From: Saprospiraceae bacterium | GTDB taxonomy: Bacteria > Bacteroidota > Bacteroidia > Chitinophagales > Saprospiraceae | DNA: 64,000 nt | Reading direction: 5' to 3' | Assembly (NCBI GenBank): GCA_020631355.1 | Contig: JAHDHL010000002.1 | Span: 291,317-355,316, forward strand | Shown: positions 30,250 to 40,813 of the stretch, in pieces | Layout of the letters: each line of letters starts with the position of its first letter | Position numbering within the stretch: the stretch's first letter is position 1 | The notes under the pieces: model-generated | What the model saw: the letters and a program-made list of their open reading frames with translations, nothing else | Databases searched by the model: none | Told to the model about the DNA's origin: nothing | Program-made: the position numbers and the translations under genes

Positions 30250-30915
30250 ATGTTAGAATTATGGAATGAATCAATCAGTTCTGCGAACATCATTTATACG
30301 ATGTTCCTTGGCGTAGCTATCATCTATGCCTTGTTTGTAGTCATTGGCTTCTTGGATATGGATGCCTTTGATGTGGATTTTGATATAGATGCTGACATAG
30401 ATGTGGATGTGGATGTTGACACGGATATCGATACTGATGTACAGTCAAGCGGAGGATTCATGATTCAGGTATTATCCTTTTTCAATTTGGGTAAGATTCC
30501 TTTCATGATTATCTATTCCTTTACCACTGTATTCATGTGGGCTATCGGTATGATTGTCAATCACCGTCTTGGCAATGGTGATATCACATTTACATTGGCG
30601 ACTTTCATCCCCGTGATGTTATTGAGTTTATTAATAACAAAATTCTTAACCAAGCCGTTGATTCCTGCATTCAAGAGTTTGCACGAATCCACAGAAGCTA
30701 CCGACTATATCGGTATGAAAGGTATCCTTTTGTTACCGATTCAGAAAGGTCAAAAGAGTCAGGTTGAAGTAAGAGTGAACGGTGATGTTCACAAGATATT
30801 GGTTAGTCTTAGAAAGGATGACACCAATCATATCCCCAAGGGTAAGGAAGTATTCATTACAGGTGTATCCGAGGACAAGTCTTTCTACTGGATAGAGAAA
30901 GATGACTTAATCTAA
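30250..30915 (+). CDS. NfeD-like membrane protein (OB-fold C-domain) with an acidic (D-I/V)n repeat
   Basis: 221 aa. TM helices plus a C-terminal region like NfeD short-form proteins. Immediately upstream of a flotillin gene. Contains DMDAFDVDFDIDADIDVDVDVDTDIDTD. Confidence 0.55.
   Translation: MLELWNESISSANIIYTMFLGVAIIYALFVVIGFLDMDAFDVDFDIDADIDVDVDVDTDIDTDVQSSGGFMIQVLSFFNLGKIPFMIIYSFTTVFMWAIGMIVNHRLGNGDITFTLATFIPVMLLSLLITKFLTKPLIPAFKSLHESTEATDYIGMKGILLLPIQKGQKSQVEVRVNGDVHKILVSLRKDDTNHIPKGKEVFITGVSEDKSFYWIEKDDLI
30355..30438 (+). repeat. In-frame (GAT-RTN)n tandem repeat encoding Asp-Ile/Val repeats
   Basis: gatatggatgcctttgatgtggattttgatatagatgctgacatagatgtggatgtggatgttgacacggatatcgatactgat. 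Confidence 0.6.
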
Positions 30916-30952
30916 CAACAAATTCTAATTCGAAAACCCTATAAATATTTTC

Positions 30953-33049
30953 ATGATGGATGTAACAATGATTGTAATTACAGTCGTAGGATTAATATTG
31001 TTCTTCGGCATATCATATGCCGTATTATGGGCATTATTCTACAAAAAGGTACCTCAGGGTATGGCTATGGTCCGTACAGGTAGAGGAGGAACAGCAGTTG
31101 AGTATGATAAGGGAATGCATGTCGTTCCGGTACTTCACATGATGGAAATGATGGACTTATCCGTAAAGACCATTGAGATTGCCAGAATGAAAGAGGACGG
31201 ATTGATCTGTATGGACAATATCAGGGCTGATATCAAGGTGGTCTTCTTCGTCAGGGTGAATAAGGATACCGAAGATATCAAGAATGTAGCCCAAACCATT
31301 GGCTGTAAGCGGGCTTCGGACCCCAGTACACTTAGGAACTTATTCGAGGCGAAGTTTTCCGAGGCATTGAAGACCGTCGGTAAGCAAATGCAATTCGAGC
31401 AGTTGTACGATTCTCGTGACGAGTTCAAGAAGAAAATTCTTGAGTCCATTGGAAAAGACTTGAACGGATATGCTTTGGATGACTGTGCCATTGATTACTT
31501 GGAGCAGACGCCCATCGAATTCTTAAAGGACAACAACATCCTTGATGCCGAGGGTATCAAGAAGATTACCGAGTTGACTGCCGCCCAAAGAGTAAAGGCC
31601 AACTTTATCCGTAGAGAGGAGGAGAAAACCTTGAAGGAGCAGGATGTGGAAGCTCGTGAGGCCATCCTTGAGTATGAGCGTCAATTGGCAGAAAAAGAGG
31701 AAAGACAGAAGCGGGAGATTGCCAATATCAAGGCTCGTGAGGAAGCCGAAATCAATAAGGTCAATGAGGAGGAAAGATTAAAGGCGGAATTGGTACGCAT
31801 CAAGACCCAGGAGGAATTGGATGTAGCCGAGGAGAATAAGTTGAGACAAGTGATTGTAGCATCCAAGAACAAGGAACGTACGGAGGCGATTGAGAATGAA
31901 AGAGTAGAAAAGGATCGCTTGTTGGAGCAGACTGAAAAGGAGAAGATTGTAACCTTGGCAGAAATCGAGAAGACCCGTGCAGTCGAGGAGGAGAAGAAAA
32001 ACATCCAGGATGTGATTCGTGATAGAGTGATGGTAGAGAAGAAAGTAGTCGAGGAGGAGGAGAAGATCAAGGATACCCGTGCTATTGCCGAGGCTGACCG
32101 AAAGAAAAGCGTTGCCATAATCAAGGCTGAGGAAGAAGGTGATTCCGCTAAGATTCATGCTGAGAAATTGGCGGAGGCTGAGCGATTGGCTGCCGAAATT
32201 AATGCTAAGAAAATCTTGATTGATGCCGAGGCGGCTATGAAAGCTGCTGAAAAGGATGCTGAATCCAGAAAAATTATCGCTGAGGCAAAGGCTGCGGAGG
32301 AAGCAACTATCGGATTATCCGAGGCGCAGGTCATCGAGGCTAAGGCCAAGGCCAAGGAATTGGAAGGATTGACAGAAGCTAAGGTAATGGAGCAAAAAGC
32401 CATTGCTGAAGCCAAGGGTATCGAGTATAAGTCCGTTGCGATTGAGAAGCAGGGATTGGCAGAAGCCAAGGTCATTGAGGAGCAAGGATTGGCAGAGGCG
32501 AAAGTCATGGAGCAGAAAGCTGTGGCAGATGCCAAGGGCGTAGAGGAGAAAGCATTGGCCATGAAGAAATTGGACGGAGTCGGCAAGGAGCACGAGGAGT
32601 TCAAGTTGAGATTGGCCAAGGAGCAGGCTGTGGAGTTGGCTCAGATTGATATCCAAAGAGCCATTGCGGAGGCTCAGGCATTGGCCTTGTCAGAGGCATT
32701 CAAGCAGGCAAATATTGATATCGTAGGAGGAGAGGAGACTTTCGTCAACAATATCATGAAAGCCATCAATAACGGTAAGACCGTTGATCGCTTGATTGAC
32801 AACAGCAAGACCTTGTCATCCGTCAAGACCAACTTATTGGGTGGTGGCAACTTGATTGACAAAATCAAGCAAATGACCCAAACAGCAGGTTTCGGTTCTG
32901 ATGATATCAAGAATTTGACCATGGCAGCCTTGATGTTGAAATTGAGGGACAATGCTTCGGATTCTGATAAAGGTATCATCTCCGATTTGATGGATATGGT
33001 AAGTACCACCGGAATCGGTGGGATCAAGGCCAGTAACTTGTTAAAGTAA
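30953..33049 (+). CDS. Flotillin-like SPFH/band-7 protein (YqiK-type)
   Basis: 698 aa. N-terminal TM, SPFH core, and a very long Glu/Lys/Ala-rich coiled coil with internal tandem repeats (AEAKVMEQKAIAEAKGIE... at about 32370-32560). Confidence 0.8.
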   Translation: MMDVTMIVITVVGLILFFGISYAVLWALFYKKVPQGMAMVRTGRGGTAVEYDKGMHVVPVLHMMEMMDLSVKTIEIARMKEDGLICMDNIRADIKVVFFVRVNKDTEDIKNVAQTIGCKRASDPSTLRNLFEAKFSEALKTVGKQMQFEQLYDSRDEFKKKILESIGKDLNGYALDDCAIDYLEQTPIEFLKDNNILDAEGIKKITELTAAQRVKANFIRREEEKTLKEQDVEAREAILEYERQLAEKEERQKREIANIKAREEAEINKVNEEERLKAELVRIKTQEELDVAEENKLRQVIVASKNKERTEAIENERVEKDRLLEQTEKEKIVTLAEIEKTRAVEEEKKNIQDVIRDRVMVEKKVVEEEEKIKDTRAIAEADRKKSVAIIKAEEEGDSAKIHAEKLAEAERLAAEINAKKILIDAEAAMKAAEKDAESRKIIAEAKAAEEATIGLSEAQVIEAKAKAKELEGLTEAKVMEQKAIAEAKGIEYKSVAIEKQGLAEAKVIEEQGLAEAKVMEQKAVADAKGVEEKALAMKKLDGVGKEHEEFKLRLAKEQAVELAQIDIQRAIAEAQALALSEAFKQANIDIVGGEETFVNNIMKAINNGKTVDRLIDNSKTLSSVKTNLLGGGNLIDKIKQMTQTAGFGSDDIKNLTMAALMLKLRDNASDSDKGIISDLMDMVSTTGIGGIKASNLLK

Positions 33050-33056
33050 ACCCTAT

Positions 33057-33085
33057 GCCCCGCCCTAGCGGCGGGGCTATTTTCC
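33057..33085 (+). terminator. Rho-independent terminator after the flotillin gene
   Basis: gccccgcc-ctagc-ggcggggc (8-bp GC stem) followed by tattttcc. Confidence 0.55.
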
Positions 33086-33111
33086 CCAATAACATCCATA
33101 GCAGTTATAAA

Positions 33112-34206
33112 ATGATAATCTCAACAACATATCTCAGGTTTCTTTTACCATGTTTATTCCTGATGGCCATACCCAAAATCATATGCGCACAGGAAATGGA
33201 GCCCTCTGAGGATTATGATAAGGAAGCATTCGTCAAGGAAGATTGGAGATGGAATTCTATGCTGGGTTATTTTCCGTTCACCCCAAATAGGGATCCTAAA
33301 ATCTTTAATTCAATGTATACGGCTCTAATGAGGCCAGAAGATGTGCAGATATTGAATATCAATGATTTGTCCTTGGACACATTGCCTGATGAATTCACCC
33401 AATTGATTCACCTTAGGGAATTAAGACTAAGAATGGATTTCGAAAAATTGGATGAAACTATTGCGATACTATCCCAATTGCCACAACTCAGGGTCCTGAC
33501 CCTAAGCGGAAAGTTAAACGAATTGCCCTCGAATATTGGAGCATTGAACCAATTACAGGCGCTGAACTTATCCAGATTACAACTCAAAACCCTACCAAAG
33601 GAAATAGGGCAAATGAAGCACCTAAGGTATATTCGTCTCTATAACAATAGAACTTTTCGTTCTTTTCCTTCGGAAATAGGAGGGTTGATTCATCTGGAAC
33701 ATTTGGATTTTGCAGGGACCAGGGTCAAGGAACTACCTGCCAGTATCGGTAAGTGCAAAAACATCAGAATCATTACGGCTAATGCCTGCGGATTGCAGAC
33801 CATTCCTGATGAATTCTGTAAACTAGAAAAACTGGAGAATATAAATTTCGGATACAATGACATTTCAAGACTACCCGATAATTTCGGTGATTTGACAGCT
33901 CTGGTTTCGGTAAGTCTTGGAGGTAATCGTCTGACCGAAATTCCTGAGAGTTTCAATCAGTTGGAAAATCTTTTCTATCTGGATATTGCAAGAAACAAAC
34001 TCAAGGAAGTTCCTAATTCTATCTTTAATTGTAATCGCATGACTCAATTATGGATACATAAAAATAATATCAAATCCCTGCCCAAAGAATTGGCTGAAAT
34101 GGATGCCCTTAATCGAATTCTTTTGGATGAGGAGAAAATCAACAAGGATGACATAGCATATCTCAAAGAGATAAAACCAGATATATTCATCATTGATGAA
34201 AATTAA
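33112..34206 (+). CDS. Secreted leucine-rich-repeat (LRR) protein
   Basis: Signal peptide MIISTTYLRFLLPCLFLMAIPKIICAQ. About 10 LRRs of the LxxLxxLxLxxNxLxxLP type (LNQLQALNLSRLQLKTLPKEIG...). The ORF-track start at 33055 overlaps the terminator, so I place the start at 33112. Confidence 0.7.
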   Translation: MIISTTYLRFLLPCLFLMAIPKIICAQEMEPSEDYDKEAFVKEDWRWNSMLGYFPFTPNRDPKIFNSMYTALMRPEDVQILNINDLSLDTLPDEFTQLIHLRELRLRMDFEKLDETIAILSQLPQLRVLTLSGKLNELPSNIGALNQLQALNLSRLQLKTLPKEIGQMKHLRYIRLYNNRTFRSFPSEIGGLIHLEHLDFAGTRVKELPASIGKCKNIRIITANACGLQTIPDEFCKLEKLENINFGYNDISRLPDNFGDLTALVSVSLGGNRLTEIPESFNQLENLFYLDIARNKLKEVPNSIFNCNRMTQLWIHKNNIKSLPKELAEMDALNRILLDEEKINKDDIAYLKEIKPDIFIIDEN

Positions 34207-34245
34207 TACGAACTAAATATTTCCTCAACCTAAAACAACAACATT

Positions 34246-34536
34246 ATGCTAGGAGGATCAGGAAGCGACATGCAAAAAAGGACTAAGGAAAACTTAGCCT
34301 TGAAGAAAAGAACTAGAGAAAGATATCTCCATAAATTAAAATCATTCCAAAATTCAAAAAGGATTGTTTCTGAAAAGAAGATACAAAAACTCAGCTTAGA
34401 AGAACAAAAAAGATTAAAGCAAAAATCTCAAACAGATATCCGAAACAATCAATTCAGAAGTTTCGGATTAAATATGATGGTACTAGGAATTATTTGCATG
34501 ATTTGTATTTATATACTAATTCAAATATCAACATAA
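34246..34536 (+). CDS. Small basic protein with a C-terminal TM anchor
   Basis: 96 aa. Lys/Arg-rich helical N-part, hydrophobic C-terminus MMVLGIICMICIYILIQI. 40 bp after the LRR gene and 14 bp before the next ORF. Confidence 0.4.
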   Translation: MLGGSGSDMQKRTKENLALKKRTRERYLHKLKSFQNSKRIVSEKKIQKLSLEEQKRLKQKSQTDIRNNQFRSFGLNMMVLGIICMICIYILIQIST

Positions 34537-34550
34537 AACAACAATAAAAA

Positions 34551-34796
34551 ATGGAAGAAGTACTCGGTATTATTCTTGGTATTTTCAAATTCATCTTTGA
34601 ATTACTGGCACGAATGATATTTGAAATATTTTTCCATCGTATCATAAGAGGCACAGGATTGAGGATTCAAAAATTATTTGGAATCTCAATCAACGTAAAG
34701 GATGAAATGGATGAAATAGGGGCAGGTTGCCTTACTTATACCCTAGGAATCTCATTTTATATTTTAGTGATTTATTTAATTATTTCGATTTTTTAA
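34551..34796 (+). CDS. Small two-helix membrane protein
   Basis: 81 aa with hydrophobic N- and C-terminal segments. Ends 19 bp before the start of the giant ORF. Confidence 0.4.
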   Translation: MEEVLGIILGIFKFIFELLARMIFEIFFHRIIRGTGLRIQKLFGISINVKDEMDEIGAGCLTYTLGISFYILVIYLIISIF

Positions 34797-34815
34797 ATTG
34801 ACTAATTTCCAACAG

Positions 34816-37800
34816 ATGGCGAACAACACATTAGAAACAGGGACATACGAAATCATCAGGAATCGCTTGAACAACCAAGCCAATGACCTGAATACACGCT
34901 TGGCTCAGTTGAATGAGGAACGCAAGAAAGTATTCGGTGCCGTTGAAACCCAACTGATTGCCAATGACCGTATTAATACGGATAATTACTGCATTGCCAG
35001 GGATATCCTTGCTATGGGCAATACCTGTCTGTTTGGTTATAATGTACATGTGGGTTTACGTTCGGGCATCAAGCTAGAAGATGTTTTCGCTGCTTATGAA
35101 TTCCAAGGTAATAGTTTCAAGCCCAGCTCCTTGGACTTGATTAAGAATGAGAAATTCACTAAGGATTTCAATAATTTATATCGTTATTACAAGAATGCTT
35201 TCTTTTCCAAATTCATCCGATTGGGAGCCTATTTATATATGGTTTTCCAAGTATCGGACAACGAAAAGGACATCAAGACATTCAAGTGGTTGGTCAAGGG
35301 CAACCAGATGGTCTACGTGGATAATCGAAGCGAGCACGAAGTCCGTTATCCCGAGCAGTATGAATTCCAGTGGCAAAGAGCTACAAGGGATTACCAAAGA
35401 CATGGAAAGCATCCCCACGTATCTATTTTGGATCGGGTTTTTGTAGAAACCGTAGGTGGTGATTTGACCATTAAAATCGAGGATAATACCGAAGACGGCT
35501 TGGGTATTTACAGAGAAGACGTAGAATATCCCGACCAGACATTGGATGATGCCGAATTCTTATTCGCTGATCTAGGAAATTTAATTGCATTAAAAATAAA
35601 GCCTTATCAGCAGGAATTCAGATACTTCGTATTCAATGAGAAATTAAAGGAAGTCCAAAGGGTGAATGCCTTGGAGGATTCAGGTGTTTTATTACCTGAT
35701 AATCACGGATTGATTTTTTCCAATGGATATTATTTACAAACCGGGGAATTTAAAATCTTTGACAATAAAATTTCTGATAAGGTTTTTGAAAGACGCATTA
35801 TTTCTCCCAATGGCGAGGATTTTATTTATGTCTTTTATAATCAGAAAGTAGGTAGCTACGTCTTATTGCCATACAATATTATTCAGCAAGCAGTGGCTAC
35901 GCCCATTGTTTGTCATGGATATACTATTTTTCCTAATGGTGAATTATGCTACTTCAAGGCAGAGGACGACCCAACACAACATCATGTGATTCAGATTTGG
36001 CAAACACCATTTACTGAGGGCGAAAAAGTACAATCCGAATATACCGATAACTATTTATATAAGGTCGGCAATAAGGACATCGTAAAGGCGATGGCATCCG
36101 CTAGGGAAATCATTATTCTTTCCCAAAAGGAGGACACCTATTCCCAGTTATATAATGACTTGGTCAAAAAATGTACGGATGTCATTGATGCTTATTATTG
36201 GATCAATCAGGAAGCTGCCTTCCAATTGGACGACCCTATCCGTCAGATTCGCCAGACGGCCAATTCTGCGATAGATGAGTTCGAGAAAAAAATCCGTATC
36301 CAAAAAAACACCCAAGAAGAAATTTCTAGAGTGCATTTGGCTTCCAAGGAAATTTTCAAGAAAGTCGACCGAAGTACCTTTGATAATATCAATGATTTCG
36401 TTTCCATCCTTTCAGAATTGAGAACCTTGAGAGGAGAAATCATTTCCTTACGGGAATTGAGATATACCAATTTGGAATTGGTAGAGGAATTGGAGCAGGA
36501 AGCAGCAGACAGTTATGAGACATTGTCCCAGAATTGTGTGGAATTCCTATTACAGGAAGAAGCCCTTGTTCCTTACCAGCAGCGTATTACCGAAAAGGAA
36601 AAGGCCATAGAAGCCGTACAAACCAACAAGGAGGGAGAGGATTTGGAGCAGGAAGTCAACCAGATTGGGGACGATTTGGAAATGTTGATTGAAATTGTCA
36701 GCAATCTAAAGATTGATGATGCCACACAAACGACCCGTATCATAGATAATATCTCTGATATGTATGGCGGCCTGAATCAGACCAAGGCAGCCGTCAAGCG
36801 CAGACGCAAGGAATTGATGGGAACAGAGGCCGTTGCCGAATTCAATGCCCAATTGAAACTATTGGATCAGGGCATCATCAATTATATGGATGTTTCGGAT
36901 ACACCTCAGAAGTGTGATGAATACCTGACCAAACTAATGGTCCAGTTGGAGGAATTGGAGGGCAAGTTCGTGGAGTTTGACGAGTTCATTGAGCAAATCG
37001 GTGAGAAGCGGGAGGAAATCTACAATGCTTTCGAGGCCAAGAAGAAGTCCTTGACAGAAGCTAGGAATAACCGCACCTCCTCCCTGGAAAGGGCGGCAGG
37101 CAGAATCTTGGATGGCATCCAGAATCGGGTGAAGCAGTTCAAGGAAGTGAATGAAATCAACGGTTTCTTCGCTTCTGACCTGATGATTGATAAGGTAAGG
37201 GACATCATCAATCAATTGATTGAATTGGAGGATTCCAACAAGGCGGATGCTGTCCGTACTCGTTTGAAGACCTTGAAAGAGGAAACCATTCGCCAACTGA
37301 GGGACAAGAAGGACTTGTTTGTGGATGGTGCCAATGTCATTCGTTTCGGAAAGCATGCCTTCAGTGTGAATGTACAGCCGATGGAACTGACCACCGTGCT
37401 TCAGGAAGGGAAGATGTTTTTCCATTTGACGGGAACTGATTTTTATGAGGAAATCAAGGATGAGTCTTTCTTGGCGACCCAGCAGGTTTGGGAGCAAGCA
37501 CTTGTTTCAGAAGACAAGCGGACATATCGTGCAGAGTACTTGGCCTATCGGATATTCAATGAGTCCAACAAGGAAGAATTGATTGATAAGCCCAACCTGT
37601 TGCAATTCGTGAGTCAGATTGCGCAGGAAAGATATACGGAAGGATATGTAAAGGGAATCCACAATGAGGATGCCACACAAATCCTGAAGCAGTTGTTGTT
37701 CTTGTATGAGCGAATCGGATTATTGAGGTTTTCCCCAAAGACTCGTACTGCTGCCAGAATCATTTGGTCTGAGGTATTGGACGAAAAGGTGAGGGATTCG

Positions 37801-39672
37801 TTTTCATCCCAGTTCAAGGCTGCGGAAACCATCATCAAGGTATTTCCCGAAACAAGGGAATTCGATGGAATGGTACAAGAATTGGCATTCAGTATCAACG
37901 AGCGAATGGAAACCCATGAAAAATTCATTTTCGAGGATTTGAAGTGGAATGAAATGCTACAAATTGCAGAATACCTATTCTTGGAATTCACAAGCAGTCA
38001 GGCCTTTACCATTTCCAAGGAAGCAGAGGAATTATTCACTGAGTTCAACCAATATATCAAGAAGAAAAAATCCGTTACGATTTTTGAGCAATCCATCCGT
38101 GAATTGCAGGGTTCCGCCATGGAGCGCTTCCATGTGATTAAAAGATGGATACAAGCTTTCATTGACACATTGAGAATAGATCATTATCAGGATTTTGCCA
38201 ATGAGGCTACTGCTCTTATTCTTTTGGATGATTTCAATAAGAAATCTGTTATTGATACCAAGACATCAGTGGATATCACAGGCATGCACGGAGAGCACCA
38301 AGTCATTCAGGATGGGAATTACCATTTGGATTACAATGCTTTTATGGAGAAGATGGCAACTTACACTTCTGATGTGGTTCCTATGTTCGAACAATTCCAG
38401 GATATCAAAAAAGCAACCACTTCCAACTACAAAGAAGATTTGAGATTGGAAGAATTCAAGCCTCGTGTCTTGAGTTCCTTTGTCAGGAATCGTTTGATTG
38501 ACAAGGTTTACCTACCCATTTTCGGGGATAATCTAGCCAAGCAAATCGGTACCGCAGGGGATAATACCCGAACGGACAGAATGGGAATGCTATTGTTAAT
38601 TTCTCCTCCGGGTTATGGTAAGACGACCTTGATGGAGTACATCGCCAATAGATTGGGATTGATTTTCATGAAGATCAATGGTCCCGCCATCGGACACCAG
38701 GTGACTTCGTTGGATCCCGATGATGCTCCGAATATGGCAGCCAAGCAAGAGTTGAGGAAATTGAACCTGGCATTGGAAATGGGTGATAATGTGATGTTGT
38801 ACTTGGATGATATCCAACACTGCCATCCTGAGTTTCTTCAGAAATTCATCAGTTTGTGTGATGCCCAGAGGAAAATCGAGGGTGTTTACAAGGGCCGTTC
38901 CAAGACCTATGATTTGAGGGGAAAGAAAGTTTGTGTGGTCATGGCGGGGAATCCGTACACGGAAAGTGGGGACAAATTCCAGATTCCGGACATGTTGGCT
39001 AACCGGGCTGACATCTACAACTTGGGTGATATCATCGGTGATACGGCTGATGTGTTCAGCTTGAGTTATATCGAGAATGCCTTGACTTCGAATCCTGTGG
39101 TACAGCGATTGGCGAACAAGAGTATGAAGGATGTGCATACGGTCATCCAATTGGCACAGACGGGTACTAAGGAGGGATTGGATTTTGAGGCGAATCATTC
39201 TCCGGAGGAGTTGAATGAGTATGTATCTGTCATCGAAAAGATGTTGAGGATAAGGGATGTAATCCTGAAAGTGAATATGGAGTATATCCGTTCGGCAGCC
39301 ATGGCGGATGATTATAGGACTGAGCCATCTTTTAAGTTGCAGGGTTCCTACAGGAATATGAATAAGCTGACGGAAAAGATTGCTCCTGTGATGAATGACG
39401 AGGAATTGGAAACCTTGATTTTGTCCCACTACGAGGGAGAGAGCCAGACCTTGACGACTGGTGCCGAAGCCAATTTTCTTAAGTTGAAGGAATTAATGGA
39501 AGTGATGAGTGATGAGGACCAAAAAAGGTGGGACGACATCAAGCAGACTTTCAATAAGAATAAGGTTTTCAATAATTTGGATGAGCAGAATCCCATGTCT
39601 CAGGTCATTGCACAATTATCCCAGTTCGTGGATGGTTTGCAAGGTATAAAGGATGCACTGGAGAAGAAGTAA
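34816..39672 (+). CDS. Giant (1619 aa) protein with a C-terminal AAA+ ATPase domain (MoxR/AAA_5-like); N-terminal about 1200 aa of unknown function
   Basis: Walker A LLLISPPGYGKTTLMEYIANRLG. Walker B VMLYLDDIQH. Sensor-1-like CVVMAGNP. Arg-containing PDMLANRADIY. The rest is helical/coiled-coil-rich with no recognisable catalytic motif. ATG at 34816; the ORF track extended it to a TTG at 34798. Confidence 0.7.
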   Translation: MANNTLETGTYEIIRNRLNNQANDLNTRLAQLNEERKKVFGAVETQLIANDRINTDNYCIARDILAMGNTCLFGYNVHVGLRSGIKLEDVFAAYEFQGNSFKPSSLDLIKNEKFTKDFNNLYRYYKNAFFSKFIRLGAYLYMVFQVSDNEKDIKTFKWLVKGNQMVYVDNRSEHEVRYPEQYEFQWQRATRDYQRHGKHPHVSILDRVFVETVGGDLTIKIEDNTEDGLGIYREDVEYPDQTLDDAEFLFADLGNLIALKIKPYQQEFRYFVFNEKLKEVQRVNALEDSGVLLPDNHGLIFSNGYYLQTGEFKIFDNKISDKVFERRIISPNGEDFIYVFYNQKVGSYVLLPYNIIQQAVATPIVCHGYTIFPNGELCYFKAEDDPTQHHVIQIWQTPFTEGEKVQSEYTDNYLYKVGNKDIVKAMASAREIIILSQKEDTYSQLYNDLVKKCTDVIDAYYWINQEAAFQLDDPIRQIRQTANSAIDEFEKKIRIQKNTQEEISRVHLASKEIFKKVDRSTFDNINDFVSILSELRTLRGEIISLRELRYTNLELVEELEQEAADSYETLSQNCVEFLLQEEALVPYQQRITEKEKAIEAVQTNKEGEDLEQEVNQIGDDLEMLIEIVSNLKIDDATQTTRIIDNISDMYGGLNQTKAAVKRRRKELMGTEAVAEFNAQLKLLDQGIINYMDVSDTPQKCDEYLTKLMVQLEELEGKFVEFDEFIEQIGEKREEIYNAFEAKKKSLTEARNNRTSSLERAAGRILDGIQNRVKQFKEVNEINGFFASDLMIDKVRDIINQLIELEDSNKADAVRTRLKTLKEETIRQLRDKKDLFVDGANVIRFGKHAFSVNVQPMELTTVLQEGKMFFHLTGTDFYEEIKDESFLATQQVWEQALVSEDKRTYRAEYLAYRIFNESNKEELIDKPNLLQFVSQIAQERYTEGYVKGIHNEDATQILKQLLFLYERIGLLRFSPKTRTAARIIWSEVLDEKVRDSFSSQFKAAETIIKVFPETREFDGMVQELAFSINERMETHEKFIFEDLKWNEMLQIAEYLFLEFTSSQAFTISKEAEELFTEFNQYIKKKKSVTIFEQSIRELQGSAMERFHVIKRWIQAFIDTLRIDHYQDFANEATALILLDDFNKKSVIDTKTSVDITGMHGEHQVIQDGNYHLDYNAFMEKMATYTSDVVPMFEQFQDIKKATTSNYKEDLRLEEFKPRVLSSFVRNRLIDKVYLPIFGDNLAKQIGTAGDNTRTDRMGMLLLISPPGYGKTTLMEYIANRLGLIFMKINGPAIGHQVTSLDPDDAPNMAAKQELRKLNLALEMGDNVMLYLDDIQHCHPEFLQKFISLCDAQRKIEGVYKGRSKTYDLRGKKVCVVMAGNPYTESGDKFQIPDMLANRADIYNLGDIIGDTADVFSLSYIENALTSNPVVQRLANKSMKDVHTVIQLAQTGTKEGLDFEANHSPEELNEYVSVIEKMLRIRDVILKVNMEYIRSAAMADDYRTEPSFKLQGSYRNMNKLTEKIAPVMNDEELETLILSHYEGESQTLTTGAEANFLKLKELMEVMSDEDQKRWDDIKQTFNKNKVFNNLDEQNPMSQVIAQLSQFVDGLQGIKDALEKK

Positions 39673-40042
39673 ATAATTGGAACAACAAAGCGATTCGAAA
39701 ATGATGGGTTATCTACTTTTATGATTGGAAGTGGGGAATCGGGGATTTTGGGATGGCTTTGGTGTTGGTTTGCAACATTGGATGATAATCGTGTTGACTA
39801 TTTATTTAAATCCACATGAAAGAAAGTAACGCAGATACCATTTATTCCATAATACTCATCTCATCCGTTTTTATTTATTCGGAATAATCATTTACCTCAA
39901 ATTATGATGTATATGATAAAATCAAAAAAGGGGATTCATTGTACAAACAAGAACACGCCAAAAGGCTATTTAATTCAAGATACTGACACCATTGAAATCA
40001 TTTATAATTGGTTTCAATCAGCTGGTCGTTAAATACTCCTGA

Positions 40043-40813
40043 ATGAAAGATAAAAATAGGATAACAAAAACTGAACAACCTTTCAATTCATTACAAGGTG
40101 TTATTGAGAAGTTATGCTCTGGGTATTCAAATCAATCCAAAATAGTAAATACTTTTTGGAGCTTACTAGTAGTTACGTCTGCTATAATAATTCTTAGCAC
40201 TTATGAGAAAGATAACTTGATAAAAATTCCAATATTATTAATCTCATTGGAAACTACTTATTACTATTCCATATCAATAATAATTATCACGATTTTCACC
40301 ATTGGATTTTCATCAGCTATGACCCAATCAATTCGAATAAGAAAGCTGATCGATAAAACAGTTTCGTCTTCAAATAAAAAAATTGCAGGAAATATTGATA
40401 TCAGAGACTTAGTAGACAGCATCTTGAATCCAACATATAATAAAGTAGCTCCTATAGGTCAACTCATGATAGGTGAAAATCAATTTTTCAATGATGGCCC
40501 TCAGGTCCAATCCAATCGAAATTTAGGAATCGTTACATACTTAGTACTCAAGATTAATATCATTTTATTTCTCTATGGACTCCCTATCTTAGCATTCATT
40601 AAGAGTTGGGCATATCTAATAGAAGTTTATGACTATAAAGCAGACACCTATCTATTCTATTGCATCTTGCTCTATCCAACATTACTTTCAGTGATCTTAA
40701 TATCATTTATGTTCATATATGAATTCAAATACACTATCAAAGTCATCAAACATTTACGTAAAGAAAAACATGTAGATGCAGAGTTATCAAAAAATAAACA
40801 GGAAGAAGAATAA
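40043..40813 (+). CDS. Low-GC polytopic membrane protein, hypothetical
   Basis: 256 aa with 5-6 TM helices. Strongly AT-rich gene and flanks (39673-40920) directly downstream of the giant ATPase gene. Confidence 0.45.
   Translation: MKDKNRITKTEQPFNSLQGVIEKLCSGYSNQSKIVNTFWSLLVVTSAIIILSTYEKDNLIKIPILLISLETTYYYSISIIIITIFTIGFSSAMTQSIRIRKLIDKTVSSSNKKIAGNIDIRDLVDSILNPTYNKVAPIGQLMIGENQFFNDGPQVQSNRNLGIVTYLVLKINIILFLYGLPILAFIKSWAYLIEVYDYKADTYLFYCILLYPTLLSVILISFMFIYEFKYTIKVIKHLRKEKHVDAELSKNKQEEE

Noticed and set aside
32300-32620. Possible CRISPR-like or tandem DNA repeats in the 32.3-32.6 kb region
   Set aside because: The periodicity is protein-coding (AEAKVxEQKAxAEAKG repeats of the flotillin coiled coil), in frame. 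There are no spacer-repeat alternations and no cas genes.
31135-32656. Stack of minus-strand ORFs (118-154 aa) antisense to the flotillin gene
   Set aside because: They are Ser/Ala/Leu-rich translations of the reverse complement of the Glu/Lys/Ala-rich coiled-coil coding repeats, so typical antisense artefacts. The plus-strand flotillin ORF is continuous and motif-supported.
36934-39429. Minus-strand ORFs of 187 and 277 aa inside the giant ATPase gene
   Set aside because: They are fully embedded antisense to a 4.9-kb uninterrupted ORF with clear Walker motifs. They have low-complexity His/Gln/Leu-rich composition and no start-site support.
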